In this document: piece after piece, positions 8,872-19,322 of the stretch
How positions within the stretch are numbered: the first letter of the stretch is position 1
How the letters are laid out: each line of letters begins with the position of its first letter
Source: a virus
Direction: 5' to 3' (one strand)
IMG/VR virus record: IMGVR_UViG_3300047548_001390
Span: 1-64,000 of that record
Length of the DNA: 64,000 nucleotides
Program-made: the position numbers and the translations under genes
The notes under the pieces: generated by a model
The model's database searches: none
Seen by the model: the letters and a program-made list of their open reading frames with translations, nothing else
What the model was told of the DNA's origin: nothing

Positions 8872-10409
8872 TGGTTATCTCCTTGTTGAGCTTGCTGATC
8901 AAGCATTGGTTGTTGTTTGGCGACTGCTACTTGTCCTTCATGAGATGCAAAGTCGAGGTCTTGCTCGCGATCTACTTCCATCTCCTTATCCATATCCTTA
9001 ATGTCATCTTCAGTTTGCATAAGAACATTCTTACGAACCCAAGTACTCGAGAAGTACTTACCTACAAAAGGATCGATAACTTGAAGAAGTGCAACTCTAT
9101 TATTAATAATCTCGGAATCTTTCATCTCAGCAAAATGATTATCTCGCTGGAAATCAAACCGTATAGAATAGGACATATCATCCCACTCATCAGGCCTAAT
9201 GATTCCTTTTGTTATTAATTGAATTCTCAGTGCATCTTTTAAAAGCGAAGAAAATTTATTACGCAGCCTATCAATAAACTTGCTAAATTTAATTTCTTCA
9301 CGAGTAATCTCGTTTGTTCTACCCAGACTAAAGTTTTGATTTGGTTGTAGTCTTGAGATAGGAACATTAAGTGCTTTGTATAATTTATTCTGGAAGTATT
9401 CGATATCCTCAATCTGACCTAAATTCTGACCACCCTGAAGAGTAGTAATCTCTGTACCCTTACCACCTTCGCGGCGAGGCATCCAGAAGTCTTCCATCAA
9501 CGATAGGTGCTGGCGGTTGTCTTTTACTTCGCCTGTGGACGCATCGTATACAACTTTATTACGGAACTTAACCATAATGTCATTAACATACTGTTCAGCT
9601 TTCACTTTAGGTAAGTTACCAACATCAATATAGAAAATTCTTCTTTCTGGTGCGCGCGAGATGCGATAGATGACTAACGCATCTTCCATCATCTTTAATT
9701 GGTTTACTGGCTTGATTGCTTTGTGTAAGTAGCTCAACACCATATTAGTGTTGGCGTCAATTAATCCAGAATTAGCGTAAAGAATAGAATCAACAGAAAT
9801 CTTTACGCCTTGTGTTGTTTGCTCTGTAATACCTTTGTCATTGTATAGATAGTATTCTTCTACATTTTTTACAACTTCAACGCCTTTCTCATTCTTCTCT
9901 TTCTTTACGTTTTTAATCTTTCTCATCTTACGAGGATCGACAAAACGTAATTCTTGAATGCCTGCTTTTACATTCTTCTCATCTAGAAGGACATGATAAT
10001 ACATTCTTCCGTCAATATACCACTGACGGAACATATCGTGACCTTTTTCTTCGAATTTGTAAAGTCGAAGAATTTGATCAAACTCATCACGAATTTTTTT
10101 CTTTATTGAGTCGGAAACTTTAAGGTCATCGAGAACGACTGTGACAGATTGTGATTCTGCATCAGTAACAATTGCTTCATTAACGATATCTTCAATAGCT
10201 GCATCACAATCAGCGTACTGAGCTGCTTCACGATATCGACGGATTAAATCGTTTTCGTTCTTTACTACACCTTCAAGGTCAACAACGAGACCATAATATG
10301 CAGCTGCACTATTGACAACAGTGGAACCGTCGTCAGGAGTAGGAGCAATGATGCTTTCTATTTCCTGCGACGGCTTTTTACGTTTAATTTCAAAACCAAA
10401 AAAGTCCAT
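8868..10409 (-). CDS. gp20: portal vertex protein gp20
   Basis: LVIYRISRAPERRIFYIDVGNLPK, EDFWMPRREGGKGTEITTL. Confidence 0.98.
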   Translation of the reverse strand: MDFFGFEIKRKKPSQEIESIIAPTPDDGSTVVNSAAAYYGLVVDLEGVVKNENDLIRRYREAAQYADCDAAIEDIVNEAIVTDAESQSVTVVLDDLKVSDSIKKKIRDEFDQILRLYKFEEKGHDMFRQWYIDGRMYYHVLLDEKNVKAGIQELRFVDPRKMRKIKNVKKEKNEKGVEVVKNVEEYYLYNDKGITEQTTQGVKISVDSILYANSGLIDANTNMVLSYLHKAIKPVNQLKMMEDALVIYRISRAPERRIFYIDVGNLPKVKAEQYVNDIMVKFRNKVVYDASTGEVKDNRQHLSLMEDFWMPRREGGKGTEITTLQGGQNLGQIEDIEYFQNKLYKALNVPISRLQPNQNFSLGRTNEITREEIKFSKFIDRLRNKFSSLLKDALRIQLITKGIIRPDEWDDMSYSIRFDFQRDNHFAEMKDSEIINNRVALLQVIDPFVGKYFSSTWVRKNVLMQTEDDIKDMDKEMEVDREQDLDFASHEGQVAVAKQQPMLDQQAQQGDNQ

Positions 10410-10441
10410 AATTATGAATTTTCCTTATGATGTATCAAAAG

Positions 10442-10972
10442 TTAGATACGATCGGGGATAAAGTAGTTGTAGACAAACTCTACATCAAAGATTTCAATCT
10501 GATTGTTCTGTTCAAAGTCAAGAGCAATTGGACCAACCGAAACGGGATATGCGTTATAAAATTTATACGACTTGATTGTTGAATCGTTGCGATCAAGTTG
10601 GTAAACAGTCATGTCAACTTGATAATCAGTGGGTCTCATGATACCATTAGTGGCCGAATAGTTGAGGACACCATTCATCCACGTTTCCATTACATTACGA
10701 ATCAAGAAATTCGTATCATTGAACACGCTAACAGCCCATGGCTGGAATGTGCGCTCGCCTGCAAAGTGTACGGGACGACCACGGTAAGACGTGGTAATAT
10801 CTTCCACTACAGAAGCTGGCAACGTTGTTGCACGGCATAAAAACTGTGCTGCATTACCTGCTGTCGATCCAATTGCCCCAACAAAAGCTGGAAATGTCAA
10901 TTCAACGCGAAACTGGTTGGGGCGTGCACCACCACCTTGCATTTGCGCTACGAAACCTGAAATAGTAGCCAT
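10442..10972 (-). CDS. gp19: tail tube protein gp19
   Basis: GGGARPNQFRV, FAGERTF.PW, VYQLDR, Y.FYNAYP. Confidence 0.96.
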   Translation of the reverse strand: MATISGFVAQMQGGGARPNQFRVELTFPAFVGAIGSTAGNAAQFLCRATTLPASVVEDITTSYRGRPVHFAGERTFQPWAVSVFNDTNFLIRNVMETWMNGVLNYSATNGIMRPTDYQVDMTVYQLDRNDSTIKSYKFYNAYPVSVGPIALDFEQNNQIEIFDVEFVYNYFIPDRI

Positions 10973-10988
10973 TTAATTCTCCTTAATG

Positions 10989-11018
10989 AGGGGTCCGTAG
11001 ACCCCTGTTATATTTATT
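10989..11018 (-). promoter_or_regulatory. late promoter AATAAATA (11011-11018) followed by a leader hairpin for gp19
   Basis: AGGGGTC-TACG-GACCCCT stem-loop just downstream of NATAAATA. Confidence 0.65.
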
Positions 11019-12948
11019 AGCCGCCAATTTCGTCAAACGAGATTCCGGTGCGGACAGCAACGAAATTCAGAGTGATGAAGTTAATCGAGCGAGCAGGTTT
11101 AATGTAGATATCAGCAACAAACTCGTTACGATCAATGACTTCGCCAGTGTTGTTTGTTTCGTCACAAATAACACGGAAGTCAATAACACCTCGACGACCT
11201 TGAACATCTCTTAAGAATGGCTCGACTAAGTTCTTAAATTGAGCACGTGTAAAGAAGTCGTTGAATTCAAACAGCTGATACTTAGCAGCCGTTGCAATTG
11301 CTTTTTCAAGGACAATAAACAGTCTACGTACGTTGATGCGGTCGAAAGCAGAGGGTTTAGCCAACAATGTTTTATCACCAAACAGAACAGTTCCCTGACC
11401 TGGGAATGTAACAACTGGGTTAATACCAGCTTTGTACAACTCATCGCGTTCCGTCTTATTGGGTGTAACGTTAAGTCTAACGACATTTTTGATCTGACCT
11501 CTATTCAAACCACCTGGCGACCACCAAGGATCATTTGTAAGATCTGTGCGTGCACACAACCCAGCGATATCACCATTCAATGGAACCCAGCGATACTTAT
11601 CGTTGTAGCGGTCATATTGGTATTTCCAACCAGAATCAAGAACACCATACGAGGAGCTAACATTAAAGGAAGATTGTTGACGGAATTCAATCGTTTTCTC
11701 AACAATGTCCAACCCCAGGATAACATTACCAGAGTTTGTGACTGGGGAAACAAACGCAACACAATCTTTACGAACTTCAGCAATTTGTTCAATAACAAAT
11801 TTGGCTACTGGAGCTGTGACAGGACCTGTAGGAATCAATGAAATGTCGTAAATTTCCGAGTTTGCAAAAATTGAAAATCCTTCTTGCAGCTGACCGGCAG
11901 TTGGAGACAAGTCATCTACACCACCATCAAGATTAGAAACGCTAAGAGATGACAACGAAGCAAACGTAGAATTTCTTGCCTGTGATCCCCATGCTGCACC
12001 AACACCAACAGCTGTTGGGTGATCCATCCACCAGATGTATTTGGAATTAACGTTAATGACGTTTCTGTAATAATTATTTGTTCCGTCTGGTTTTCTTGCG
12101 TCAACTGCTTTAGACACAAACTCGAACTTTTCCAAAATTGCACCACGAGTGCCAGTCCAAGCACCGTTGTCGTCAATCAAAATAACGTGCATTTCATCGT
12201 TAAGACCATTAACACCATCAACGTACGTTGAGGTTCCTGGTGCTGAATCAAATTCTGTGCGGTATGTCCACGAGCTAAATGTAGCCGAGTCAGCCATTTC
12301 GACACGAATCGAATTACCTAACGATCCAGGATATTTGGCAGCCCAAGTTCCAACAACACCAGCACCGTTTGCATAATTGGTTTCATACTCAACTTCATTT
12401 CTAATCTTAATACCGCCAACAACAATTTCTGGTGTACCATCAAAATCGACACCAACACTGTCAGTGACCGTAATGGTTGGGGCAGAGGTGTACCCAGAAC
12501 CTGGATCGGTAATGTTAATGCTTACAATCACGCCGTCTTCAACAACTGCCGTGCCTGTAGCTGTAACTCCACCAGTAATCTGAGGTGCGGAAAATTCAAC
12601 AACTGGATTTAGATATCCTGAACCACCAGCAACAATCTCAACGTTTGTGACGGTACCAGAAAGGGTAGAAACTGCGTTACGAGCTGCTGTGGTATCAACA
12701 CGAACCAACAAAAGATTATTTGTGTAAGCCAAAAAGTTAGCAGCAGTAAACCATGAAGCTGCATTGCCGTCAACAGGACGTCCAAAACGGGATACTAGTT
12801 GATTTTCCGATGAGATCGTTGTGGTATCCATAACAGGACCCCACATGAAAACACCAGCGTAAGCGCCTGTGGATGTGGCCACAGCAGGTACAATATTAGT
12901 CAGGTCTTTTTCGGTGACCAAAACCCCAGGTGAAAGCTGAAAAGCCAT
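11017..12948 (-). CDS. gp18: tail sheath protein gp18
   Basis: SPGVLVTEKD, PWWSPGGLNRG, FDRINVRRLF, YIKPARSINFITLNFVA. Confidence 0.98.
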   Translation of the reverse strand: MAFQLSPGVLVTEKDLTNIVPAVATSTGAYAGVFMWGPVMDTTTISSENQLVSRFGRPVDGNAASWFTAANFLAYTNNLLLVRVDTTAARNAVSTLSGTVTNVEIVAGGSGYLNPVVEFSAPQITGGVTATGTAVVEDGVIVSINITDPGSGYTSAPTITVTDSVGVDFDGTPEIVVGGIKIRNEVEYETNYANGAGVVGTWAAKYPGSLGNSIRVEMADSATFSSWTYRTEFDSAPGTSTYVDGVNGLNDEMHVILIDDNGAWTGTRGAILEKFEFVSKAVDARKPDGTNNYYRNVINVNSKYIWWMDHPTAVGVGAAWGSQARNSTFASLSSLSVSNLDGGVDDLSPTAGQLQEGFSIFANSEIYDISLIPTGPVTAPVAKFVIEQIAEVRKDCVAFVSPVTNSGNVILGLDIVEKTIEFRQQSSFNVSSSYGVLDSGWKYQYDRYNDKYRWVPLNGDIAGLCARTDLTNDPWWSPGGLNRGQIKNVVRLNVTPNKTERDELYKAGINPVVTFPGQGTVLFGDKTLLAKPSAFDRINVRRLFIVLEKAIATAAKYQLFEFNDFFTRAQFKNLVEPFLRDVQGRRGVIDFRVICDETNNTGEVIDRNEFVADIYIKPARSINFITLNFVAVRTGISFDEIGG

Positions 12949-12967
12949 TATTATCTCCTTGTTAACG

Positions 12968-13006
12968 ACGAAGTTAGTTCCACACTAAATCTTCGTATTA
13001 TTTATT
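12968..13006 (-). promoter_or_regulatory. late promoter AATAAATA (12999-13006) plus leader hairpin for gp18
   Basis: NATAAATA followed by an ACGAAG...CTTCGT stem. Confidence 0.6.
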
Positions 13007-13010
13007 GATT

Positions 13011-14642
13011 TTAAAAGTTCAATAGCTCTATTTGGTCAGGTGTAAGGTGGTAAGGGTTGTTTTTTGAAGGTAATTTGCGGTTATCATCTGTTTCTTTTGA
13101 TAGTTCTACCGGTTTGTTATCTTCAAAAAACCCAAATGGAGTTAAAGTTGAATCGATGTATTGTTGTTTTTGTTCCGTCAAAATACTACGTAGATTAATA
13201 TTTGTAATTTGTTGGAACACATCTTGTTTTGTCAACCACGCTAATAACCATAATGTAGTGCACAAATCGTCATTAACAGAGGGATCTTGCGATGCATAAG
13301 ACTTTCGATACATCACAAATAACCCAAGTTCACTGATAATTCTATGTGAGCTGACAATTAGTTGATCTTTTTCAATCAACTCTTTTAAAACTGAACACCC
13401 AAGAGATTTAACCTTTGAAGTCGTTCTGACGCCTGGATATCCTCTTGTTTGAGAAAGTTCGTTGCCATTGGTAAAATATAAGTTTTCATACTCATATTCA
13501 TACCAAATTGTATTGGCAACCTCTTCTCCAAGATCATTAATTTCAATCAGAATAAAAGCATTATTATATTCTCGAGCAGTATTATATATCAGATGTGGAT
13601 ATTCAAGAGTAGAAATCTCATTATCCTTATATGTCGCTACTACTCTATACGGCATTTCTGAAACATCCGTAACAGTAAACGCTGAAAAATCATGATGACG
13701 TCCTCGAGAAACGTCAACTGTAATAACATATGACCTATCTTTTTCTGGAGGGTAAAAAACTTCGAAGTTGTCTTTTTGAATAACAGGGACAGCAAGGGGA
13801 AGTGTAGCTAGCTTTGATCCATCAACAAGAGTATATGAACTACCTTCGAATGTTGTTTCGATTTCTTGACGGTACTTAACTTCACCTAGTTTCTTGCGTT
13901 GAGAATCTGCCCATTCTTGTGATCTTTTTGGATTCTCTTGCCAATGACCTTCAACGGTCTTAAAGTCATTTACTTCCTTAACAGCTTCAGCCCACAACTT
14001 ATGGTAATGGTTCAATCCATTGGGTGTACTAATAATTACTAGTTTAGAAGATTCGGAAGATGACAATGTTGGAAATACAGAAGCAATGAACTCTTCTGCT
14101 AGGTTTGGGTGAAGATGAGCAAACTCATCGCAAAGCAATAAGTTAACGGACATACCACGAACAGCACTGGCTGATGTAGCTGATGCAACACATCTTGAAC
14201 CATTTTCAAGAACCAACGACTTTTTGTTCCATTCAACAACACCTTGCTGTAACCATTGTGGAAGGTTTTCAATGATGAACTGCACACGACCAAAGATTTC
14301 AATAGCAATAGCTTGCTTGTTTGCTAAAATAACTGCTGTCTTATTTTCATTGAATAGCACATACCATGCGAAGTAAGCTGCAACAATTGTTGACTTACCA
14401 GCCTGACGAAATAGTTTACCTAAGGTGTTTTTGTTGTTGTGAATAGATTCGATGATTCGCCTTTGATAGGGAAACATCTTAAAAGGAACAACTCCATCAT
14501 CAAGCGAAACAATCTTTGCGTACGTCTCAATGAAGTATATGGGGTCTTTAGCACACTTAATATATTCGTGTACCTGATCTTGAGTAAAAGCAACCTGAAC
14601 TCCAGCTGCTTTTAAGAGGGGATTTCTGTTATAAAATTGCAT
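13011..14642 (-). CDS. gp17: terminase large subunit gp17 (likely start 14642, TAATG overlap with gp15)
   Basis: RQAGKS Walker A, LLLCDEFAH Walker B, IISTPNG, VDVSRG nuclease motif. Confidence 0.97.
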   Translation of the reverse strand: MQFYNRNPLLKAAGVQVAFTQDQVHEYIKCAKDPIYFIETYAKIVSLDDGVVPFKMFPYQRRIIESIHNNKNTLGKLFRQAGKSTIVAAYFAWYVLFNENKTAVILANKQAIAIEIFGRVQFIIENLPQWLQQGVVEWNKKSLVLENGSRCVASATSASAVRGMSVNLLLCDEFAHLHPNLAEEFIASVFPTLSSSESSKLVIISTPNGLNHYHKLWAEAVKEVNDFKTVEGHWQENPKRSQEWADSQRKKLGEVKYRQEIETTFEGSSYTLVDGSKLATLPLAVPVIQKDNFEVFYPPEKDRSYVITVDVSRGRHHDFSAFTVTDVSEMPYRVVATYKDNEISTLEYPHLIYNTAREYNNAFILIEINDLGEEVANTIWYEYEYENLYFTNGNELSQTRGYPGVRTTSKVKSLGCSVLKELIEKDQLIVSSHRIISELGLFVMYRKSYASQDPSVNDDLCTTLWLLAWLTKQDVFQQITNINLRSILTEQKQQYIDSTLTPFGFFEDNKPVELSKETDDNRKLPSKNNPYHLTPDQIELLNF

Positions 14643-15391
14643 TAAAAATCTTGAAGCCACTCATCACGAGTAATTTGATACGTCTCTGGATCACCTTCAG
14701 CAACGTGTACAGAAGCAATGTTTCCAGACATATCCCTAACATTCATTCCAGTAGAGTATATAGGTTTGTTTTGACCAACTGGACCAAACAGATTTGTTTT
14801 TAAAGTGAAGTCTAAAGTATGTGTCACAAAACGTCTTGTTTCAAATGAGCCATCGTACTCATCAGCAACTTGAAGATTGTTTAGGACAACCGGAACATCA
14901 ACAATCAAATTAAGATCTGGGACTACTTTAACAGCTAATGTATATTCTGGATTGAACCAAGGAAGAATCTGCTCAATAATTTGTAAACCGTCTTCTTGCG
15001 TTTTGGTCAATACATATAAAGAAATGTTTATATTGTACGGGACCGGCGATCCAACGCTTGTTGAGGCTTCACCGTTATTACAGTTTATAGTGTTGTTTTT
15101 ATTAAACTTTCTTGTAGGGTCGTAGCTGTAGCTAGTAATTTCAAACGACATCCTTGGGAGACTTGTGTACGTATGATTATTTAAATCCGGATCTTGCTCA
15201 ATACGAACTAACCACTTTTCCTTAGGGGAGTACGCGAGGGGAATTTGGAGTCTTTGTACGATGGGCCCGTTAACAGAATCACCCTCTCTACGATCAATAT
15301 AGATGTCGCTAAACAATCGCCCGAAGGACACAATCGTCTTACGGATGATACCCCAATAAAAAGTTTGTTGGTTTAACACATCAGTCTCCAA
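14642..15391 (-). CDS. gp15: tail terminator/sheath stabiliser gp15
   Basis: FG.LF..I, IPLAYSPKEK, LPRMSFE, QIIEQILPWF.P. Confidence 0.93.
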   Translation of the reverse strand: METDVLNQQTFYWGIIRKTIVSFGRLFSDIYIDRREGDSVNGPIVQRLQIPLAYSPKEKWLVRIEQDPDLNNHTYTSLPRMSFEITSYSYDPTRKFNKNNTINCNNGEASTSVGSPVPYNINISLYVLTKTQEDGLQIIEQILPWFNPEYTLAVKVVPDLNLIVDVPVVLNNLQVADEYDGSFETRRFVTHTLDFTLKTNLFGPVGQNKPIYSTGMNVRDMSGNIASVHVAEGDPETYQITRDEWLQDF

Positions 15392-16277
15392 AAGGATTGT
15401 TTTCGTTAAATAACAAATCCCTTGCCTCTAACTTAAATTTATTATTGTCACCGTACGATTCAACCGCATCTACATTGTTTTCAACTGTGGCAACTGCTGT
15501 TGCATTTTGACCGTTACCAGTAATAGTGACAGTAGCTGTCTTGTAGTTATATCCACCATTAGTAACATTAACACTTGTAATTGACCCGCTTTGAATCACA
15601 GCTTGGGCAGTAGCTCCTCTTCCTGTAGGAGAAGTAATTGCTACCGTAGCACTTGTATAACCAGTGCCGCCGTTCGTGACCTGGATGTCAGTTATCTCGC
15701 CACTATTAGTTCTATTCAGATCAGTTGTAAACGACTTCAAGTTTTCAAATGCATCAATTTCTGATATACCAGTATCAATACGCTCCGAAGCATACTGAAA
15801 CAACTCGACTTGAAGCTTATAAACATACAGCTTACCTAATTGATAGAAAGGATCCTGATGCTTGACAAACTTAATTTCAAACAACCCATCTGTAAGAGGG
15901 AAATAAATCAAATCACCTTCGTTGGGTCTTGTTGGAATAGTTGTCTTATTGTATCTTCCAATCAGTTGTTCCCAACGACGTCTAGCTACAACTAATGTAG
16001 CTGATTGTTCCATCATAAGACCAAACTTCTGAAGGAATGCACCTTGACCATCGAAAGAGTCAACGTTTTCAAAATACATCTCAATTGGAAATGAAGTCTT
16101 AAACTGACTCAGACGATCCTCGCCAAGAATATCATCCTTGGAAACAAGTTCTCTTGGAATGTAGTACAGAGTTTGACCAAATATTTTTAATGATTCAATG
16201 ATCAAGTCTTCAACAAGTAACTGCTCGTTACGAGTTCCTTGAGTAAAGTATACGTTGGGCCCAGACATTGGTATCAT
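15381..16277 (-). CDS. gp14: neck protein gp14
   Basis: EQ.LVEDLIIES.KI.G..YYIPR, RPNEGDLIYFP, PFYQLGK, NPFG end. Confidence 0.93.
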   Translation of the reverse strand: MIPMSGPNVYFTQGTRNEQLLVEDLIIESLKIFGQTLYYIPRELVSKDDILGEDRLSQFKTSFPIEMYFENVDSFDGQGAFLQKFGLMMEQSATLVVARRRWEQLIGRYNKTTIPTRPNEGDLIYFPLTDGLFEIKFVKHQDPFYQLGKLYVYKLQVELFQYASERIDTGISEIDAFENLKSFTTDLNRTNSGEITDIQVTNGGTGYTSATVAITSPTGRGATAQAVIQSGSITSVNVTNGGYNYKTATVTITGNGQNATAVATVENNVDAVESYGDNNKFKLEARDLLFNENNPFGD

Positions 16278-16281
16278 GGTT

Positions 16282-17253
16282 TTAACCTAAGTAGAAGTCA
16301 AGAGGAGCTGACTTGTTGATCAATTCATCTTCAAGCTCTTTAATTTCTGATATGGCCGTTTGATACATTGATTGACCATCAATGGTGACTCCACCAGGTA
16401 GTTGAATACCAGAAAATTTAGAAAGATTAGTTGCCCATTGTCTCTTAAAAAGAGCAGTAGTATAGTGTTTCAACCATGGCTCGCTCCAGACTTTTTGGAA
16501 CTGAGCTGGATCTAGAGCACGATAGCATTCCACCACAACATGATCTCCAGGACGGATATCTGTTTCCCAGTTAATTACAGGATACAAACGTCCTTGCATA
16601 CGGTTGAAACTGATTTGTGGTCTGCCATTCAATTCTAGGTCAAGCAAAGCAAGGTGACCCATCACTTGCTTATAATAGATGATAGATGTTGATGCAAGAT
16701 CATACAAGTCGTTCAATCTTAACTGATATTGAATATCAAACATTGATTTGGATGTCTGAGTACCAGCAAATGGAATTAAACGAACAACACCATATACCCA
16801 ATCTGACAACTGAAGATATTTTAATTCTGTTTCTCCAGGCGTATAAAAATTTGTAGTGGCAAGGGTTGCGGTAATCGCTGGATTGTCTTCCACTTGAATT
16901 GTTTCACCGGCTTGGAATTCGCCAGTAACAAAACGAATAATCAGTTCTGTTCCTTGCGATACTTTGTCTGTTTGATCAACAACTCGAGCACGTGCTCCAG
17001 ATGTTTGGCCAATAACCCAATCATTTAATGGGAAGGTTTCTGCAACAGATTGCTGCAAAGTAAGAGTTGAAGCATTAATCTTGTGCTTGAGATATACTTT
17101 TTCAATGCCGTCATAGTGATACAAACGCCAGTATTCCAAGGCTTCGTCGATGCGATCCTCCAACTGGTCGTCTTCTATATTAATTTCAAGAACAGGAGCT
17201 CCGAGATTACGAAGGCAGTATTCTTTTAATTGCTGTCTAGTTGTAACGGCCAT
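16282..17253 (-). CDS. gp13: neck protein gp13
   Basis: EYCLR.LGAPVLEIN, WLKHY.TAL.K.QW..NL.KF.G.QLPGGV. Confidence 0.95.
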   Translation of the reverse strand: MAVTTRQQLKEYCLRNLGAPVLEINIEDDQLEDRIDEALEYWRLYHYDGIEKVYLKHKINASTLTLQQSVAETFPLNDWVIGQTSGARARVVDQTDKVSQGTELIIRFVTGEFQAGETIQVEDNPAITATLATTNFYTPGETELKYLQLSDWVYGVVRLIPFAGTQTSKSMFDIQYQLRLNDLYDLASTSIIYYKQVMGHLALLDLELNGRPQISFNRMQGRLYPVINWETDIRPGDHVVVECYRALDPAQFQKVWSEPWLKHYTTALFKRQWATNLSKFSGIQLPGGVTIDGQSMYQTAISEIKELEDELINKSAPLDFYLG

Positions 17254-17291
17254 GTTGGGTCTCTTAATCGGGTAGGTTAATCGTTTATTGA

Positions 17292-17726
17292 TTATTTATT
17301 TAGTTGTTTAACTACCTCTTCTGGAGACACCCAGCAATCATCCCGGAACTCACACTGTTCCCAGATCCAAAACTGCTTTTCTCTTAGGTATTTTCTATCT
17401 TTTAACATGTTAATGTTTTCAGGATGTCCAAATATATTAGGATCCGACTGTCCCCACAAAACAATCCCTGGTTTACCAAGATCCCAGCAGAAATGTTGAA
17501 AAAAACTATCCACTGAGATCCAAGTTCTACATTCATTAACTAAAGAACCCAGTTCTTTCAAACTGAGATTCTTTCTGAAATCTTCGACTAATTGTTCCTC
17601 TCCTTCTATCCCTATTTGCACGATTGGCTCATCAATCAGCTCAACCAACTGTTTAAAAAAAGGATAGTTTTTAGGGTTATTCTTTCCATTACGAAGTTTC
17701 TTGGAATATGGTGAGATAATAATCAT
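17292..17726 (-). CDS. GT9 (heptosyltransferase-like) C-terminal domain protein
   Basis: KNYP, VQIG, LSLKEL..LV, ISVDSFFQH, KPGIVLWG resemble the GT9 C-terminal Rossmann domain. Confidence 0.7.
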   Translation of the reverse strand: MIIISPYSKKLRNGKNNPKNYPFFKQLVELIDEPIVQIGIEGEEQLVEDFRKNLSLKELGSLVNECRTWISVDSFFQHFCWDLGKPGIVLWGQSDPNIFGHPENINMLKDRKYLREKQFWIWEQCEFRDDCWVSPEEVVKQLNK

Positions 17727-18718
17727 GATAGGTACATCTTCCTAAACGCATCTTCAACAGATCCTTTCCAATTCCATTGATCCATTTTCTTGTAGATATT
17801 CCATTGATCAATACTTCCATACAAAGCAATTGCTTCAGCGATTGGTCTACACGGAATAATTTCTGGATAACAACCAAACACAATTGGATCTTTCAGGTCT
17901 TTTAGGATTTTTTTAAACACAATGTGGTCACCCATACCATTATCAAGAACCACAATTGTTTTATCTTTTATGTTTAACGTGTTTCTAAAAATTTGCTCAT
18001 CATGCGCATACAATTCAGCATTATCGTTTGATCGAATACCACCTTCTGGGTTCTTTAGATGCCAAGTAACGCAGTCTTCTATAACTGCACACTTATATCC
18101 CTTTTGTACTAATCCACAAGAAAACAGAGTCTCCTCTCTGTGTGCAACTCTTGATAACCCAGTGTTGTAATCAACAACTCCAGCACGATACAAAAAAGAA
18201 CAGTGTAGATGATCTACATATCTGTCTTGTGTAATGTGACCCCATTGAATGTTTGGTTCGCTGTCAATATTTTCGATTTTACCAGTTGCTTTTCTTGGAG
18301 AGCAGTCCCAAGATGGCGTTAGAATAGATCCACCAACTGCCCCAATCCGATCTCGATCAAAAGTATTAGCTCGTTTCCAGAGTTTTTTTAACACATCTGG
18401 TTCTAATATAGTATCGTCATCAACTCGAAGAAGCCATTGATCTTTATACTTTGTATTAAAATATTGATGCCCGAAATGTTGACCTTTACATACACCATAT
18501 ACTACTTCCCACGATATGTTTTTTAAATTCATTATAAGAAATATATTGGTATAGAGAGGATTACTACGAAGATCAATTCTCTTATCTTCATCATTATCAT
18601 CATATAAAACAATTCTTTTAGGTAGAAGTGTCTGATTTATTATTGAAACTAGAGCCATCGGTAATGTTGTTAGATATCTCCCCCTCGTGCATATATAAGC
18701 AATTATGTCTGGTTTCAA
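17723..18718 (-). CDS. GT2 glycosyltransferase fused to a GT9-like N-terminal domain
   Basis: LYDD, LRVDDD (DXD), HREET; C-terminal VVLDNGMGDH motif. Confidence 0.75.
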   Translation of the reverse strand: MKPDIIAYICTRGRYLTTLPMALVSIINQTLLPKRIVLYDDNDEDKRIDLRSNPLYTNIFLIMNLKNISWEVVYGVCKGQHFGHQYFNTKYKDQWLLRVDDDTILEPDVLKKLWKRANTFDRDRIGAVGGSILTPSWDCSPRKATGKIENIDSEPNIQWGHITQDRYVDHLHCSFLYRAGVVDYNTGLSRVAHREETLFSCGLVQKGYKCAVIEDCVTWHLKNPEGGIRSNDNAELYAHDEQIFRNTLNIKDKTIVVLDNGMGDHIVFKKILKDLKDPIVFGCYPEIIPCRPIAEAIALYGSIDQWNIYKKMDQWNWKGSVEDAFRKMYLS

Positions 18719-19262
18719 AATAATTTCTCCACATATCTCTATTAAAATTGGTTTTACTGTGACACACTGAACAAAGAGTTACTAGGTTTTTGGGGTCGTG
18801 ATTAGTTTTATCATAATCAATATGATGCACCGATTTTCCTGGATTGTTACATAAACAACATGTTCTATTATCCCGGATTCGAATAGATTCCTTTAGATCG
18901 AAATTCCACCCCTGTGCATATTTCGATAAATTTCCTTTAGATAATCCTCCTTTCCAATTTGGATTTTTATCTCCGGAAACTAAGCAACCCTTACCCCATC
19001 TGGGATTTTTATCACCAGAAATTCTACCCTTCTGTCCATACATCGGATTACCTTCGCCGGATCGTTCTTGAGACCATTTCTGTTTTGTTTCATCCGAATG
19101 TTGTTTTCCATACATGGAATTTAAGGAACCTTGATGTAGATCGCTGTTAATTTTTCTTAATGCAGGACAGGAATTCTTGCTTTTATGGCAACATCTTTTA
19201 CCGTTTTTAAAAACAAACAATGCTTCTTGCCCGCACCCATAATCACACAAATATATTTGCAT
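18618..19262 (-). mobile_element. HNH homing endonuclease with NUMOD3-like repeats
   Basis: CDYGCG, MYGKQHSDETK, NPNWKGG, RDNRTCCLC..VHHIDYDK.N..NLVTLC..CH. Confidence 0.88.
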
Positions 19263-19303
19263 ATAAGATCCTTTGGTATATTCACCAAACTATTTATGCA
19301 AAT
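19255..19303 (-). promoter_or_regulatory. late promoter CATAAATA (19291-19298) overlapping a start-codon-sequestering hairpin
   Basis: 9-bp inverted repeat 19255-19263/19295-19303 covering the HNH AUG; inner TTTGGT/ACCAAA stem. Confidence 0.65.
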
Positions 19304-19322
19304 GCATCGTCAATTTACCATA

